DNA from: Nemertoderma westbladi
Taxonomy: Eukaryota; Animalia; Xenacoelomorpha
Length of the DNA stretch: 36,124 nucleotides
NCBI GenBank assembly: GCA_032718475.1
Contig: JAUCBJ010005240.1
Coordinates: 1 to 36,124, forward strand
Direction of reading: 5' to 3'
The position numbers and the translations under genes were made by a program. Below are positions 36,095 to 36,124 of this stretch, piece after piece. A model generated the notes under the pieces. It was not told the DNA's origin and made no database searches. It was given only the letters and a program-made list of their open reading frames with translations. Numbering within the stretch: position 1 is the first letter of the stretch; every line of letters begins with the position of its first letter.

Positions 36095-36124
36095 GGCGCC
36101 AATGTCTCTCTCTCTGCCCGGTTG

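Larger units (their letters stand above)
26480..36124 (-). mobile_element. BEL/Pao-derived element copy 2 (gag-protease, no RT/RH/IN core, extra exonuclease ORF); runs off the window
   Basis: Colinear with copy 1 in LTR, PPT, 3' UTR, extra ORF, spacer, IN tail, protease and gag. Left boundary approximate. Confidence 0.88.

Overview
Animal (metazoan) genomic DNA that is mostly nested transposable elements, lying in and after a + strand host gene with Sema-domain exons (~1-616 and 8846-8984). Its 8.2 kb intron holds a truncated piggyBac-type non-autonomous element and a near full-length CRE-type (restriction-like endonuclease) non-LTR retrotransposon whose ORF carries two large coding minisatellites. 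Downstream are a Penelope remnant with a minimal hammerhead ribozyme, RTE-type LINE fragments, and two related BEL/Pao LTR retrotransposons on the minus strand. The main finding: both BEL/Pao copies carry a separate ~870-codon extra ORF between pol and the 3' LTR (the env position). It encodes a DnaQ/DEDD-type 3'-5' exonuclease domain (WRN/EXD/Mut-7-like) and three CCHC zinc knuckles, and differs between copies largely at synonymous sites. Copy 2 has lost RT, RNase H and most of IN but keeps gag, protease and the exonuclease ORF, which was later hit by a TTAA-site insertion. All calls come from motif recognition by eye; no searches were run and many boundaries are approximate.
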